Positions 1 to 14,659 of a stretch of 64,000 nt of DNA are shown here, piece by piece. Where the stretch lies: the NCBI GenBank assembly GCA_951406725.2, contig OX597826.1:26722001-26786000 (forward strand), read 5' to 3'. The DNA comes from Octopus vulgaris. Taxonomy: Eukaryota. The notes beneath the pieces were generated by a model, which saw only the letters and a list, made by a program, of their open reading frames with translations, searched no databases and was not told the origin of the DNA. Position numbers and translations under genes: made by a program. Within the stretch, counting starts at the first letter, position 1. Every line of letters starts with the position of its first letter.

Positions 1-557
1 AGGAACTTGTAATATTTTTGGTATTTCCATATTGAATTGAATTCTTTGTCATTGTATTTTTACAAGTCCTACAAAAATTACATCGCAGCACAAGTTGCTA
101 TGACAATAAAATTCAAACCGACATTAATAGCATACAAAATAGAATAAGACACATACAAATATACAAAAATAATGCACATAATTATCAAAATTCCACGTAT
201 AATGATATGAAAAATAAACAGTGAGCCATAGAATGTAGGATAATACTAAAATAAGTACAATTACAATAACAAAATTGTATTGAAGCAATCACATATTCCT
301 TTATTTTGCCTTTGTGTGTTGCAGCCCAAACGGTGCGACCATGCTATAGCAGCAGAGCAGTTTACTAGTAGTAATTATTGTAGGTTACTAATCGTAATCA
401 ATAATCAATACACATTTAGGGCGCATGAATTTTAGAGAATGAACGGTATACAGTGTGTATATGTGTTTGTGAGTGTGTATTTGTGTACGTATGTATATGT
501 ATGTATGCATATATATATGCACAGGCACACACCCACACATACACAAATACATATAAG

Positions 558-938
558 GTTGAGGTGTAAATGGTCCAGTGGTTACGGCAGCGGACTCGCG
601 GTTGTAGCATCGTGGACTCGAATCCCAGACCGGGCGTTGTGAGTGTTTATTGAACGAAAAACACCTAAAGCTCCACGAGGCTCCGGCAGTGGGAGGTGAC
701 GAGCCCTGCTGTACTCTTTCACCACAATTTTCTCTCATTCATTCTTCCTGTTTCTGTTGTACCTGTATTTCAAAGGGTCCAGCCGTGTCACACTCTGTGT
801 CACGCTGAATCTCCCCGAGAACAACGTTTAGGATACAAATGTCTGTGGAGAGCTCAGCCACTTGCACGTTAATTTCACGAGCAGGCTGTTTCGTTGATCG
901 GATCAATAGGAACCCTCGTTGTCGTAACCAACGGAGTT
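558..938 (+). mobile_element. tRNA-headed SINE, head C + tail 1
   Basis: A-box-like TGGTCCAGTGG and B-box-like head, body GGGCGTTGTGAGTGTTTATTG..AAAACACC, tail ending GTCGTAACC.ACGGAGT; homologous to 28482-28862 and 62003-62250. Confidence 0.85.
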
Positions 939-1339
939 CACGATATATATATATAAAATGGAAAGTAACTCATGATAGAGTAATCCATGCATCGTCACGA
1001 GAGTCCAAGAATTTCTTGTGCGTAAGTTTGTTATGAATGGGTAAATTGGTGCTCAATACTGGATCATATTTTCAGTGCAATCAGTTATAAAACCATTAGC
1101 CAACAGAAACCGACTGACTGTCCTTTAGTTTCACATTTTCCAGGAAAGAAGTTCTAAAGAGAACAAGAGGTCTTTACTCCCGATGGTTCACATACTAGTT
1201 AATCCTTAGTTGTGACCCTAACAGATCTTCCTAATCCACGATTCACGATTCAGATTCTACGTAAGAACAATAGTCGCTATAAAGTGGTTCTATGCCACTA
1301 AAAAACCCGGAAACACCCGTACCAGGGCTCCACAAACGG

Positions 1340-1645
1340 ATGCAGATTTCTTGGACCTCATTGGGTCATGACTGGCCTAGAAAGTTACCCTTCCAGGCAC
1401 AAGTCCAGGTAAGGTTGTTTTATAGAAGACCAACAGTCACCCATGTATACCGGTCTCCTCTCTCCACGCCACCAGTGTTCTCCAATGGAAAGCAAAGACA
1501 GCTTGGCACCTGTGACGTCGCAACTCATTCCTGCAGCTGAGTGAACTGGAGCAACGTGAAATAAAGTGTCTTGCTCAACAAGACAACACGCAGCCGGTCC
1601 GGGATTCAACTCGGCGCTCTAACCACTGAGCCATGCGCCTTCACA
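1340..1645 (-). mobile_element. tRNA-headed SINE, head D (CORE-like) + tail 3
   Basis: Shares GAGCAAGACACTTTATTTCACGTTGCTCCAG..CACTCAGCTG with 28125-28255 but continues into a different 3' tail. Confidence 0.75.
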
Positions 1646-2751
1646 CGATGCACATTAAAGTCATATAAATATATACATACTTATTTACATTTTAGTGGTT
1701 AGTTTGCATTTCATTTTAATGCAGTATGGAATAAATAAATAACCTTCGTCACCACAGCTTTGAAGATATCGGCTACAGAGCAATATGATCAACTCCTACA
1801 AACGGCAACATACTCTCACACTCGGATGAAATCTATGTTGTAGAGCAAAAACGTCTGATAGGATATCTTCTGACCTGAGCAGGACACCAAATGTTATGGT
1901 ACTGCGATGGTCTAAAGATACGCTCTGCCATTTTGGCAATCTCTTGCACCTTTATGCCACCTCAATCGACGATTTTATCTCTCCTCTAAAAACATTGCTT
2001 TTCATCTTTTAATTCTTTCAGTATTAAACTTTGGCGAATCTGGAGCACCATTTCCAATTGTTTTCGTGAGTGATTCGAATCCAGAATTAGAGACGTGAAC
2101 AAACCAACAGTGTTTGTCAAATGTTTGTGAGGGACAAACACAAATACAGAGACACCAACAGATTGATACGTAAACACAGAGATTCACGAAGACACATACA
2201 CACACATATATGTGTACATACGACAGGTTTCCATCGAGTTTTATTTACCAAACACATCCACAAGGCATTGGCCAGGTGCCCAAGGTGCCGTAATGGGGAT
2301 TGTACCTGAAAGCAAGAGATTGGAAACTAAACTTTCTACAGCACAGCCACACGTAACAGAGAAGCTCATACGTTTGTGACTATCTCTGTGTGTACCTGAT
2401 AAGAAAACCACCCTTCTTCACTGTAAGACATTCATGCTCAGGACTAACTTACGCTAGGACAACATCGGATGTGTAGAGCAGGCTATCCTATCGTTATATG
2501 TTTCGTGAACAATTGATGGACTCAGTGGTTGAGACCTCAATATCGAACATCAACGTTTCATGCAATATGTCTACAATTGTTACCATCCATTTTTATCACG
2601 AAAGCATTATCTAAACAAAATTTTTTATTGTATATGGATACCTCGCTCCATGTCCAAAGTTCAAGTTTTGTTCGATAATAATCTTCAAATGCATGCTGGT
2701 TCCAAAACAATAAGATATTCATATGCCGTGTAAATATTTGTATCTTTGTGC

Positions 2752-2821
<70 letters not shown>

Positions 2822-2914
2822 CATACATATACATATATATGCATATATACATATATATAAATATATATATTTATACATATATAGATATATATATGTATAC
2901 ATGTTACATACATA

Positions 2915-3317
2915 CAGGGTGTTCAAAAAGTCTCACGCGAGTGAATTTTCAAGAGTTTTTCAGTAAAGGGACTATAGCCACCAAGATAACCCGATTTAAC
3001 CCCGCAAGACTTTTTTTCTGGGGAGCAAGTAAAGGATCAGTGTACAAGAATTGCCCAAAAACCATTAGTTAAAAAACCATTAGTAAAATATGCAATTGTA
3101 ACCTTCACACGGTCCATACCACCTCAGACTCTCTAAGATGTATTTCAAAACATGTGTAGAAAAGTCAACTTATGTTCTGAAAATGAAGGACGACATTTTA
3201 AAAAAGTTTTTAAAAAGTCTTGTAAAGTTTAATATATGCTTTTGTAGTCTTATACCATCTTATAAATATTCATTTGGAATAAAATGCTTACTGCAGAGAG
3301 ACTTTTTGAACACCTAG
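2915..3317 (+). mobile_element. Internally deleted Tc1/mariner-superfamily element
   Basis: TIRs CAGGGTGTTCAAAAAGTCTC / GAGACTTTTTGAACACCTAG with TA on the left; interior has a frameshifted match to the PRSPDLTP.DFF.WG..K..VY transposase C-terminal motif. Confidence 0.85.
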
Positions 3318-3401
3318 TGTATGCGTGTGTCTATATATATATATATATATATACATCTACATATATGCATATATATAAATACACACATATATATACATAT
3401 A

Positions 3402-3559
3402 CAGGAGTGGATGTGTGACAAGAATCTTGCTTCCAACCACATGGTTTCGGGTTCAGTCCCACTGCGTTGAACCTTGGGCAAGTGTCTTCTGCTATAGCCT
3501 CGAGCCGATCAAAGCCTGGTGAGAGTACTTGGTAGACGGAAACTGAAAGAAGCCCGTCG

Positions 3560-3591
<32 letters not shown>

Positions 3592-3810
3592 CATATATGT
3601 GTGTGTGTGCGTCTGGTTTGTTTCCCCAACGTCTCTTGACAACCGATGTCGGTGTGTTTACGTCCCTGTAACTTAACGGTTTGGCAAATGACTACGATAG
3701 AATAAGTGATATTCTCACAAAGAATAAGTTCTGGGGTCAATTTGCTCAACTAAGGGCAGTGCTCCAGTATGGCCGCAGCCAAGTGACTGAAACAAGTAAA
3801 AGAATAAAAG
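3402..3810 (+). mobile_element. SINE family A with internal (TA)n(TG)n
   Basis: Head CAGGAGTGG.TGTGTG..AAG, B box GGTTCAGTCCC, CCTTGGGCAAGTGTC, tail TGACTGAAACAAGTAAAAG; many copies in this window. Confidence 0.9.
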
Positions 3811-4625
3811 AATATATACACGACGTTTTAATTATCACCATGTAGGTGGTGAAACAAATGGTAGTATTCAGCTGATACTGGAAATGAGGACTGAATGCTT
3901 TATATAGAATTTTTCATTAGCTCCCCCGACGCTACTCAGTACACTGGGCCGCAATCTTCTATCGTGTTTTGTCGTTTGTTCATCTTGTACATCCATTCAA
4001 CGTAATAATGACTATTACCCTCATCCGCTTGACGTGAGTTGGTACCCTTACCATGACTGTTTTCAAGTGCTGTTGAGGCTAGATTGGGTAGGATGTCTGT
4101 CATTGGGGCAGAATCGTCTATCTGTTACAAACTCGCGCAGTTTTCATGACCTCGTTCTTAGTGATCTCGCTCAAAATCGAATGTCATCTTTTGGTATTTG
4201 TTGAACTGTCTATTAACAGAGATTTTACACGATTGTTCTAGCAATAACATTACTCTCACATATTGACTGATGCAGAAATAAAAGGCATTTTTACTCACGA
4301 TGCCGTAGAGTGGTGTCGAATTCAGAACCGTGTGAATGAGAAGAGGAATTCACATCTAAGCCTGCGCCCCTAAATATAACCCCCCCTAATAACCAAATAA
4401 TAATAATAATAATAATAATAATAATCAATAAATATGAAGCAGACATGAAACAAAACATTTAAGATAGTCTGAAGCGTACAAAGTGCAAATAGTTTGGCCT
4501 TTTGACAGGCCAATTATAAGGTCGCACATTCACATATAAAACATATAGATTATTTCATTAATAATGAAAGAACAAGAGGTATTACGAATAAGATCCCTTA
4601 AGAAATATACATGGGAATAAAGGTG

Positions 4626-4667
<42 letters not shown>

Positions 4668-5139
4668 ATACATGTATATATGAACACACGCACACAAGCG
4701 AGCGCACACATACACACACACACACATATATAGGAAGCAATTACATAGTAACATAATTAAAAAGATACAAAAGAAAGGTAGAAAGACAGAAGCACCTCTA
4801 ATATAAAGAAATTGCTGGGAGGATTAATTCAGAAATTGAATGGGTAATTGATAATGGTATTTGTAAAGTTAAAAGTAACAAGAGTTTAGTACCTTTCAAT
4901 CATGGCCGTTGTTTGAGGGTGTGAAATTCATCGACAAAGGCGATATGTTGAAATGGAATAAAGATAGCGACTGAGATTTACTGTTTTCACTATGGAAGAC
5001 CGCTTTAAGCGGACAATGTTCACGCACTGAACATTATTTGATCGGGCACAGGACATATTACATAAAAGTGTGTGCGTGTGCGTATGTGTGGTATGTATCT
5101 ATATGAATGTGTATTAAGACATGTATACGTCCGTGCGTA

Positions 5140-5167
5140 TATATATATATATATATATAAATGTGTA

Positions 5168-5213
<46 letters not shown>

Positions 5214-5337
5214 TGTGTATGCATAAATATATATATATATATGTATATATATATACACATATATATATGCATTTATATAAATATGTCTTTGTATATATAT
5301 ATTTATTTATTTATATCTGTATTTATGCATATATGTA

Positions 5338-5383
<46 letters not shown>

Positions 5384-6048
5384 TATTTATATATATTTAT
5401 ATACACGCACATATATATTCATGTATATATCTATGTATATATATGCTTATATATGTATTTGTATATATATGTATATATGTATGTATATATACACACATAT
5501 GTTACTGGGTGTTTTATTTGTATATTTAATTTAAATATTTTTAATGTCGATCGAGAAATAAAACAAAAGGAAACACAATGACATTTAATGAAAATATAAA
5601 ATAACAATATTCTCATTGGATAAAATAAAAATCTCCGAGAAAGACAATTAAAACAATGCGTTGCCAAAAGAAGAATTAATAAAGGGGAACAAATCACAAA
5701 TAAAATACAAATGGTAGGAAAAAAAATAGAAAAAAATTTAAAAAGTACCTCACGGAATAAAATTACAAAAACAATGCAAAATAATATCCTCCCCCCACTC
5801 AAAAATTTCAGGAAATTAATTTTGCCGAACACAAACAGATATGTCTCTATGGAAATAATTTTAAATTAAATTTTGTTACATTTATGATCATCCACACTTT
5901 GATACGCACACACGCGCGTACACATGCGCACGCACATACACACACATGCACTCACACACTCACACATTCACACACACGCGCCCACCAGGAGACATACAAA
6001 CAACCACACGTACACACGTACCCATTCGCTCAAACTCATGTATGTTTG

Positions 6049-6096
<48 letters not shown>

Positions 6097-6252
6097 AATA
6101 CACATGCATATATATGTACACATTTACATATGTATATATGCTCAAATATATATATGCATGCTTATGTGTATATATGTAAGCATACACACATAATTATATA
6201 CATGTCTACAGATTTATATATATATATGAATATTTATATATATATGTATATA

Positions 6253-6303
<51 letters not shown>

Positions 6304-6456
6304 TATATATATGCATATGTATATGTCAGTATATTTATACATACATATGCATGAATATATGTATATATTTATCTATGTATATACATACATATACGTGTAT
6401 GTATATATATGTATGTATGCATGTATATATATATATATATACATGAATATATATAT

Positions 6457-6515
<59 letters not shown>
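5140..6515. repeat. Degenerate (TA)n/(TATG)n/(CA)n microsatellite fields
   Basis: Directly visible; representative of many such tracts across the window. Confidence 0.9.
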
Positions 6516-6516
<1 letters not shown>

Positions 6517-6719
6517 GCATCTGTTGCGTCTGGTGTTTATATATTTCGACGTGTGCGTAGGAATTTTATGAACACAAAAACTGTGTCTTTTGTTGAATAA
6601 TTCATTCTTTTAATTTTAGTTGTTGTATTTCTATTGTTACAATATTATTTTATTAATTAAATTCAACTTAATACATTATAAACCGATGTCTTCACTTGAC
6701 TTTGTTTTTAGTTTCTTTT

Positions 6720-6729
6720 ATTATCATCA

Positions 6730-6809
<80 letters not shown>

Positions 6810-6810
6810 T
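6720..6810. repeat. (TTA)n microsatellite
   Basis: Directly visible. Confidence 0.95.
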
Positions 6811-8427
6811 TTATTGTGTTAATCTTTCTAAAACAATTCCTGCAGCTTATCAGCCAAAATAACTAAACATTACTCTTGGAGATCTATTTTTGTTTGTTAT
6901 ATTTTGGGTGTTCCTTTGTTTTGTTTTTTTCCTGAATTTCCTCATACGTTTTGCTGTGCGATAGAAAAACAAGACAAATAAATAAATAAATAAATGAACC
7001 ATTAAAAATAATACTAAGCACAAATATAAGAATTACTTTTTTTTTCTTAAGTGGAAAATGACTTAGAAATTAGAAGATATTTAAATATCTGTAATATGTT
7101 TAGTGTGAAAACAAGAGTACGTTCCACCAAGGGTACGTATTTAACTCGAGATTCAATGGCTGATAGGTTTTGGGGTTCTGCAGTGTAAGAAAATAACTTT
7201 AAACTCTTTCACATATTTTAGTCACACAGATTTGCTATGTAAAATGACGACACTCGAAAATGCCTTGTGCTCAAAATTCGTTGTCCCTATATAAAACGTT
7301 ATACAAATATGAATACGTTAACAATACATTAATTGCTATTGTAACATTAACATATATGGGGTGTCAATCATGTTATTAGATTATATTGGGCTTTATGATG
7401 TATGTATTGTTTCAAGCATAATCATTTTTTCCCTATCACCACTGAGTTCGTCTAAATCTCACTGCATTCATTGACCAACACCTCATCGACAACAGATTAT
7501 TCGTCGATTGGAAAGTTTCACCGTTACCAACAAAAATGTCCTACTGATTTGCCTTTCATATTACCAACCGCTCCGGTCATCGCTAGTAAATGTGCTAGGA
7601 ATACCAGAGCTACTGAATTGGATCGCCTTGATAATATGTCATTTAAAGAGCAACAACTTTTCTCTCTGTTTTTCATACTGACCTTTTCCTAATATACATA
7701 CAAGACGGAATGAATGTATCAACAATAATCGAAATTATATTAAATTGAATCATATGAAAAGTGAGATAAAAATAAGGATAACCACAATAACAATTGATGA
7801 ATTACAGGGTTGCACGTTGGGTGCAGAAAGCAATGATATTCCTATAGATATCTTTGTTGCTTCCGTGCAGGGAGAGTGTTATATTGTAGATTGGAATTGA
7901 CGTTCTGATGATAATTTACAAAGCTGATATCAATGCCAGTTACGTTATCAAGTTCAGTAACATGATCTGCTATCAGGGAATTGATTTGCTGTGGGAAGTA
8001 CGTATACGATACCGCAGTTAAAGACGGAGATTCTAAGTAGAATTTAACATATATGTGCCAATGGAAGGGAAAATAATGATTTTCTTTTTAATGAATGGTA
8101 AATTTGATTAGATTTAAAATTATTTCCTTTCTTCAGATGTGTGAGTGCATGTTTTTTGAAGCATTCCCTGTGCAGAAAAGGGATTTCGGGTATGAAACAA
8201 AGGGTTTGTATTTGAGAATCGCCGATGTAATTTACATAGAACCGTAAGCATTCAGTATATCTCTAAATACATACGATGATCGTTCTCTCGATACATATAT
8301 ATATACATATATATATATATGTATGTATGTATATATATATATGTACATATGTCTATATATACGTAGGTATATATATATGTATGTATACATATATATATGT
8401 GTGTGTTTATATATAAGTATCTATCTG

Positions 8428-8472
<45 letters not shown>

Positions 8473-8626
8473 ATACATATATATATGTATATCTACCTAC
8501 CTACCTATCTACCTACCCACCTACCTATCTATCTCCATATCTATATATGTCTGTGGATGTGTGTGCGTGAGAGTATTTTGCCCGGTGGGCTAACGATTCT
8601 CTCAGCTCTCCGCCCAATTCATATTC

Positions 8627-8755
<129 letters not shown>

Positions 8756-8759
8756 TAAG

Positions 8760-9845
8760 CAACAATGAATGCAAAAGTGATCAATGCCTATGGAAAGACT
8801 TTCCTAGAGGACAGTGTGACGAATAATAGAATAATGGTCATAGAATGGAGAGGTATTCCAAGAAACAGCGGATGAAAGCGAGGAAGAAGCTGATTAAGGA
8901 AGGAAACAGTCTGATTGTTGTTGCTCAAAAACAAGCTTTACATGCTAACTGAATCAAGGGCAGCGTTTATATGACTGTGGCATCATCTTTGTGTAGGCTA
9001 TGTGGAAAATCATGTGAGAGAAATGGATTTATAATTCGTGGACGCTCAAAACTAGCACAAAAGAAATGCAAAAGAGCCATGACAGAATACCAGTTCAAAT
9101 ACACTTGGAGTTATAATATAAGTATAGTTTAGAGAAGTGGTTCCCAAACTTTTTCAGGCTGCCGCCTCCTTGTTTCTCAGGTCACATTCCTAGTGCCCCT
9201 CCCCCACTTACCATCACAGACACAGACCAGCCTCTGCAGCAAATTCAAAACAACAGTATTTCACAAATAAAATTTAACCTAACTAACCCTTTATTTTTTT
9301 TCATCCAGTGTTCCCTTTTGGCCACCCTATTTTTCTTCAGCTCCCCTCTGGATCTTTCCACCGCCCCAGGAGCAGGGGCGATACCACCCACTTTGTTAAG
9401 CATTGGTCTAAAGTGTTCCAACAAATGATATGAGCACTAACATTTACCAGTAGCAGGGAATGATCAGATGAAACTAAGGTGGGATATGTCAATATATACA
9501 GACACAAGGGTGCAACATAACCGACTAGATATCACTTCCTTACTGAAAGAGTCCAAAGAAAGAACTTACATCGGTGCACCTCTATCTAAAGAACAAAATA
9601 TTGCTTAGACAGAGGACGAGAAAGTCGAGAATTATCAAGACATAAAATTGTAAGTGAAAAGAATCCAGAGAACCTGATAAGTGAGTGTGGCACCTATTGT
9701 GATCGGTGCAGTTGGAACGATCTTAAAAAGAGCAATATTTTGGTATCAAAAGTTGGAAATGCCAAATTTCTTAGGAAATTTTCAAATGGCAGCGATACTT
9801 GGAATATCTAACTTGCTGAGGAAAATGTTGTCAAGCTGAGACGTG
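8760..9845 (+). pseudogene. Degenerate R4/Dong-type non-LTR retrotransposon 3' part (zinc finger + restriction-like endonuclease)
   Basis: Manual translation with stops and frameshifts: SLIVVAQKQAL..LCRLCGK..SKLAQK, then WDMSIYTDTRVQHNRLDI, PIVIGAVG, AAILGISNLLRKML; collinear with the 48976-50280 ORF; flanked by (AAT)n on both sides. Confidence 0.85.
9135..9405. mobile_element. hAT (Charlie-like) MITE nested in the Dong relic
   Basis: Degenerate TIRs AAGTGGTTCCCAAA / TTTGTTAAGCATTG; 8-bp TSD GTTTAGAG / GTCTAAAG; retroelement homology resumes right after it. Confidence 0.75.
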
Positions 9846-9871
9846 TCATAAACATAGATAAATCAGAAAAG

Positions 9872-9874
<3 letters not shown>

Positions 9875-9929
<55 letters not shown>

Positions 9930-9952
9930 TGATGATGATGATGATGATAATG

Positions 9953-10045
<93 letters not shown>

Positions 10046-10057
10046 TTAATAATAATA
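9875..10057. repeat. (AAT)n with (GAT)n interruption
   Basis: Directly visible. Confidence 0.95.
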
Positions 10058-10195
10058 TCCAGAAGACAGCATTATTGGGTACAGCTCGCATTCTAAGGAG
10101 AGTATTGACTCTTTGAGTCACAGGAGAAGGAACTACTTGAAACCTTTGGTGATTTGTTATTACCTTTTTTTCAATAACCGGTAATTAATAACTAT
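10058..10195 (+). mobile_element. Extremely 5'-truncated R4/Dong-type copy
   Basis: IQKTALLGTARILRRVLTL* joined directly to (AAT)n, matching the C-terminus of the 48976 ORF. Confidence 0.8.
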
Positions 10196-10380
10196 CTTTC
10201 AGAATAACAACAATAATATTTAATGATTTCATTTATTGGGCACAAAGGGCGAAGAATGACGGGAGACAATACAGATACAGATATAAAATGTGTGGGGTTT
10301 ACATGTAATAATGAAATGATAAGAAAAAAGTAAGTATACACGGTACACACTTTAAAAGTGACAATAATAATAATACTATA

Positions 10381-10765
10381 TTACTCTTTTACTTGTTTCA
10401 ATCAGTTGACTGCGGCCATGCTGGAGCACCGCCTTTAGTCGAGCAAATTGACCCCAGGACTTATTCTTTGTAAGCCTAGTACTTATTCTATCGGACTCTT
10501 TTGCCGAACCGCTATGTGACAACCAGCATCGGTTGTCAAGCGATGTTGGGGAGATAAAAGCAGTCACACAAACACACACATACATATATGCACATACATA
10601 TATACGACGAGCTTCTTTTAGTTTCCGTTTACCAAATCCACTCACAAGGCTTTGGTCGGCCCGAGGCTATAGTAGAAGACACTTGCCCAAGGTGGCACAT
10701 AGTGGGACTGAACCGGGAACCATGTGGTTGGTAAGCAAGCCACTAACCATACAGCCACTCCTGGC
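10381..10765 (-). mobile_element. SINE family A
   Basis: Reverse-complement homology to 3402-3810 and 50690-51095. Confidence 0.9.
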
Positions 10766-10769
10766 ACAA

Positions 10770-10945
10770 ACTTTTAAATTTTGGGGAGGATGGAGATAAC
10801 CAATTTCCTAAACCGCAGTGTTTGACTGGTCGTTAATTTTTTCGACCCCGAAAGAATGACAGGCTAAGATGACAACGATGAAATTCGAACTGAGAACATA
10901 AAGACGGACGAATTGCCACAGAACATTTTGTTCGGCGTGCAAATA
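10770..10945 (-). mobile_element. Degenerate SINE family B
   Basis: TCGACCCCGAAAG.ATGA.AGGC motif and head remnants. Confidence 0.65.
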
Positions 10946-11435
10946 CTTTTATGCCGGTTGCAGAATCCTTTATTCTTGTTCATAACTTAAAGGGAACAGC
11001 GGACGTGCCCTCATGGGACCTGCGGTGGACTTATGGCCCAGTGTGTCTGTGTATACTAATGTATACTTTCGGAATCGCGTATATTTGTTATCCCAAATAT
11101 AAATCCAGTGATTCCCAATAATTTCAGACACACAAATACATAATTCTCATACAAACACATACACTCACACACATTTATATGTACACAGATGCACAAAACA
11201 CGCACATACATATATTTATATAAGTATATGATGTAAAGAAATTTTGCTATTGTACTACAATGTCCACCTGCAATCACGAAATTATTGCAATGAAGTAAAA
11301 CCACATAATTTTCAAGGAATTGGAATAAAACATATTTCAACAATATTCACTTGTGAGGGAGTCTTCTTATTTAAGGGTTAATGCTTGAACTTGTTTCTCT
11401 ATCTGTATCGATCTATCAATCTGTCGTAGCTCTAA

Positions 11436-11515
<80 letters not shown>

Positions 11516-11639
11516 TCATAATATTATACGTACGTGTGAGTGTAAAACTGTATATCTAGTCTTTCTTGCATTGTGCTTATACATGTAAATGTCATCAACG
11601 CCGATGTATGACGTGTGCTATGATAATGCATCTTCCTTC

Positions 11640-12050
11640 AAACACGCAATTAAATTTCCTCTCACACTCTATAGCAATTTCCTTCTCGTGTAGCTCCTTG
11701 CCATCACTTATGATCACACATTTGCATGTCGTCCAGCATGTCCAATATTTCTAAAATCATTTGTCGAATCAGGTGCAAAAATAGAAAATCTATTCCCAAA
11801 GCCAAAGAAGTGTTGAAGAATTGGTCAAGTTGGTCTTGACCGTTCTTTGAACTCTGAAGGTGACAAATTAAAGGAAGTGGAGAATCAGATGCCGCCCCAA
11901 TGTCTCCGGTTAATCTGGTCACCTATTAAGAAGTTGTTAAATTTTTAACATGCTATGATTGAAATTGTCAGGAATTACAGTTTTCTTTCGGTAGATTCTG
12001 AAAAAATAGCTACGTCTTTCAGAGAGACAGGTATTCATCATTCGGTCGGA
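11640..12050 (-). pseudogene. Possible highly degraded mariner transposase N-terminal region
   Basis: Weak fragmentary resemblance (SEFK.G..L-like segment); not secure. Confidence 0.3.
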
Positions 12051-12106
12051 TTTTGCAGCCGCTAGCTTCAAATGGTTCCTGCTACAGATTTTCGAATATG
12101 TATATG

Positions 12107-12138
<32 letters not shown>

Positions 12139-12429
12139 TGTATGTATGTATGTATGTATATATACATACGTATATATATATGTATATATATGTGTGTATA
12201 TGTATATATATATATATAAACATGTGCAGGAGTGGCTGTGTGGTAAGTCCTGAGTTCGATTCATTCGACTAAAGGCGGTGCTCCAGCAAGGCCGCAGTCA
12301 AATGACATATATATATATATATATATATTGGTAAAAACGGTAAGACATGGCCAGGTAACGGAAGAGATGGTGGTGTGGTTTTCCAGAGTTTTATCTTGGC
12401 TACCGAATAATTGTCACATATTATTTTAC

Positions 12430-12537
<108 letters not shown>

Positions 12538-12544
12538 ATATATA

Positions 12545-12849
12545 TGTGGAGGCGCAACGGCCCAGTGGTTAGGGCAGCTAACTCGCGTTCGGAGGATCGC
12601 GGTTTCGAATCCCAGACCGGGCGTTGTGTGTGTTTATTGAGCGAAAACACCTAATAGCTCCACGAGGCTCCGGCAGGGGGTGGTGATCCCTGCTGTACTC
12701 TTTCACCACTCTTTCTCCCACTTTCTTCTGTTGGCCTGCTCGCTTAGCCAGCGGAGTGGCTTCGTACGAAGGCTATAACAATGCGAACGCATTGTGACCA
12801 GCGATGTGTAGCAACATCTGATGGTCTGGTCAGTCACGTGGTCACGTGG

Positions 12850-12852
<3 letters not shown>
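12545..12852 (+). mobile_element. tRNA-headed SINE, head C + tail 2
   Basis: Same head as 558 and 28482, different tail ending GTCACGTG.TCACGTG; second copy at 35297-35593. Confidence 0.85.
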
Positions 12853-12882
<30 letters not shown>

Positions 12883-12884
<2 letters not shown>

Positions 12885-14655
12885 CAAAATAAGCAACAAG
12901 AATGACTCCGGTAATTTGGTACGATCGTTTCGTACTACATCATTTTATTAAATGTTGTAACTATTACAACAGTTTTAAAATGCTGAGCACTCATCATGGG
13001 GTTTTCCATTAATACAAAAATTTTAATATCAAGTGGCAACATTATAGAGAAGGTAGATACATAGAAAATGATGTGGATTTAAATTTTAAGAACATTTGAG
13101 ATAGTGGAGCCCATCAACTGACTGACTAAGATTCAGTTGTTCCAGACTACTGTAAGGTTCTGAGAGGGAAGAACAAATGAAAGGAGACAGTAAAGATTTT
13201 CTAATTATAGAAATGGGGTACAGGGGCGTCATAGCTCCATATAAGGAATTTATGTAGAAGACAGCATTGTCCCAACTAGATGCCAATTACTACTATTTGA
13301 TGAACAGATTCGGCGTTAGGAGAACTAGTTCAATGTCAACTGGTCACAATAACATTCACAGACAATGCAGAGACCTTACAAACCCTATGCACATCATCAC
13401 AACAGTTGGTCTATAAGTTCCAAGTACTTTGACACGTTAGAATAAAGGAAAAAATATAAATCTAAAATTTATTCAAATTTGGAGAAAGAGACTATCACTT
13501 ATTTTGAGTAGGCATAGTACTTATTAACTGGGGGGAAAAGCCTTATTAATCAAGTGAACATATTAGGGGTCAAAATATATACTAAGAAAGATGGAAGAGG
13601 GAAAATCAAAGAAGGAAGATATTCATAGGTTTAGTAGAAGGCGATATTTTATAATATGAAGAGAGGCAATTTAGAAGAGTAACTTATTCAAATTTCATGG
13701 ATAGTGAGTTGATATTAATGAATTAAAACATAGGATCTATTGGAAATAAAATTTACTACCTTCGGATAAAAGTTAATTAGTTAGGTAAAAATATCTCAGG
13801 TTAATTATATATTAAGAAATGGGAGTGAAACAATCAAGATGAACCAAATAGTTACCCTAGGGACATAGGATTAATACTACTTAGTACTGGAGAACATTAT
13901 AAAAAAGAGGAATTTAATTCTAAGTTTGCAATGAAGTTTTTTAATTATCTATGAGTGTTAAACTAAAACCAGTATGGTATATTCGTTCCTATTTGGTTAA
14001 ATATATTTTGTAAAGATATCTTAGACTAATTATATATTAAGGAATGGAAGTGAGATAATCAAGGTGAACCGAGTAGTTTCTTTAGGGACATAGGATTCGT
14101 ACTATTTAGTATTCCTACTATTTGGGATTCATACAATTTAGGATTCCAACTATTTAGATTCATAAGTTTAATTTTAGAAAAAAGAAGAATTCAATTTAAA
14201 GTTTGCAGTGAAGTTATTTTAGTCATCTATAAATGTTAAATTGAAAGCTAGTATGGTATATTCCTACTTATTTGGTTATAAAGAATTAAAATTTGAAAAA
14301 TATAGGAATATTCACAAAATTATTATTTAAAGTATTTAAACGTTCGGGTCTCCCAGCTCCAAACGGTTATTCAACAGATTTGTATTACTCTGATCTTTCA
14401 AAATTTCATACGTTTCCATAGAACAAAGTTGACAACCATCCCTACTATTTCTATAAGATTGCGCTCTTCTAACTATATCACATTTTAGGTGGAATTCTAT
14501 ATTATTTGTTTTCAGTTCCCAAATTTTACTAGATAATGTTGTGCAACTTGCCTTATGTTTGAGCCTAAAAGAGGAAAAATGATTGTTTAGACGTTTTTTA
14601 AAATCTACCGAACAACCGAAATAAAGAAACCCATTGTTTGAAGTTATTATCGTGA
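12883..14655 (-). mobile_element. 5'-truncated Penelope-like element (endonuclease C-terminus, long 3' region, hammerhead-like motif)
   Basis: GIY-YIG fragment at 14336-14659, AT-rich 3' region with an internal ~220-bp direct repeat, hammerhead-like motif near the 3' end, terminates in (TA)n. Confidence 0.75.
12915..13001 (-). ncRNA. Degenerate minimal hammerhead ribozyme
   Basis: aUGAUGA - GUGCU..AGUAC helix II - GAAAC GAUC GUA; C3 changed and helix I unpaired. Confidence 0.6.
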
Positions 14656-14659
14656 GCAT
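14336..14659 (-). pseudogene. PLE GIY-YIG endonuclease fragment (Neptune-like)
   Basis: YFG..DFKKRLNNHFSSF..TLSSKIWELK..CQLCSME..LLNNRLE follows the PLE endonuclease pattern YIG..FK.R..H..SF..LS..W..C.LC..E..LLN.R.E. Confidence 0.85.

Noticed and set aside
12545-12620. tRNA gene
   Set aside because: A/B boxes are present but there is no clean cloverleaf and it continues into a multi-copy SINE body; the same holds for the other SINE heads
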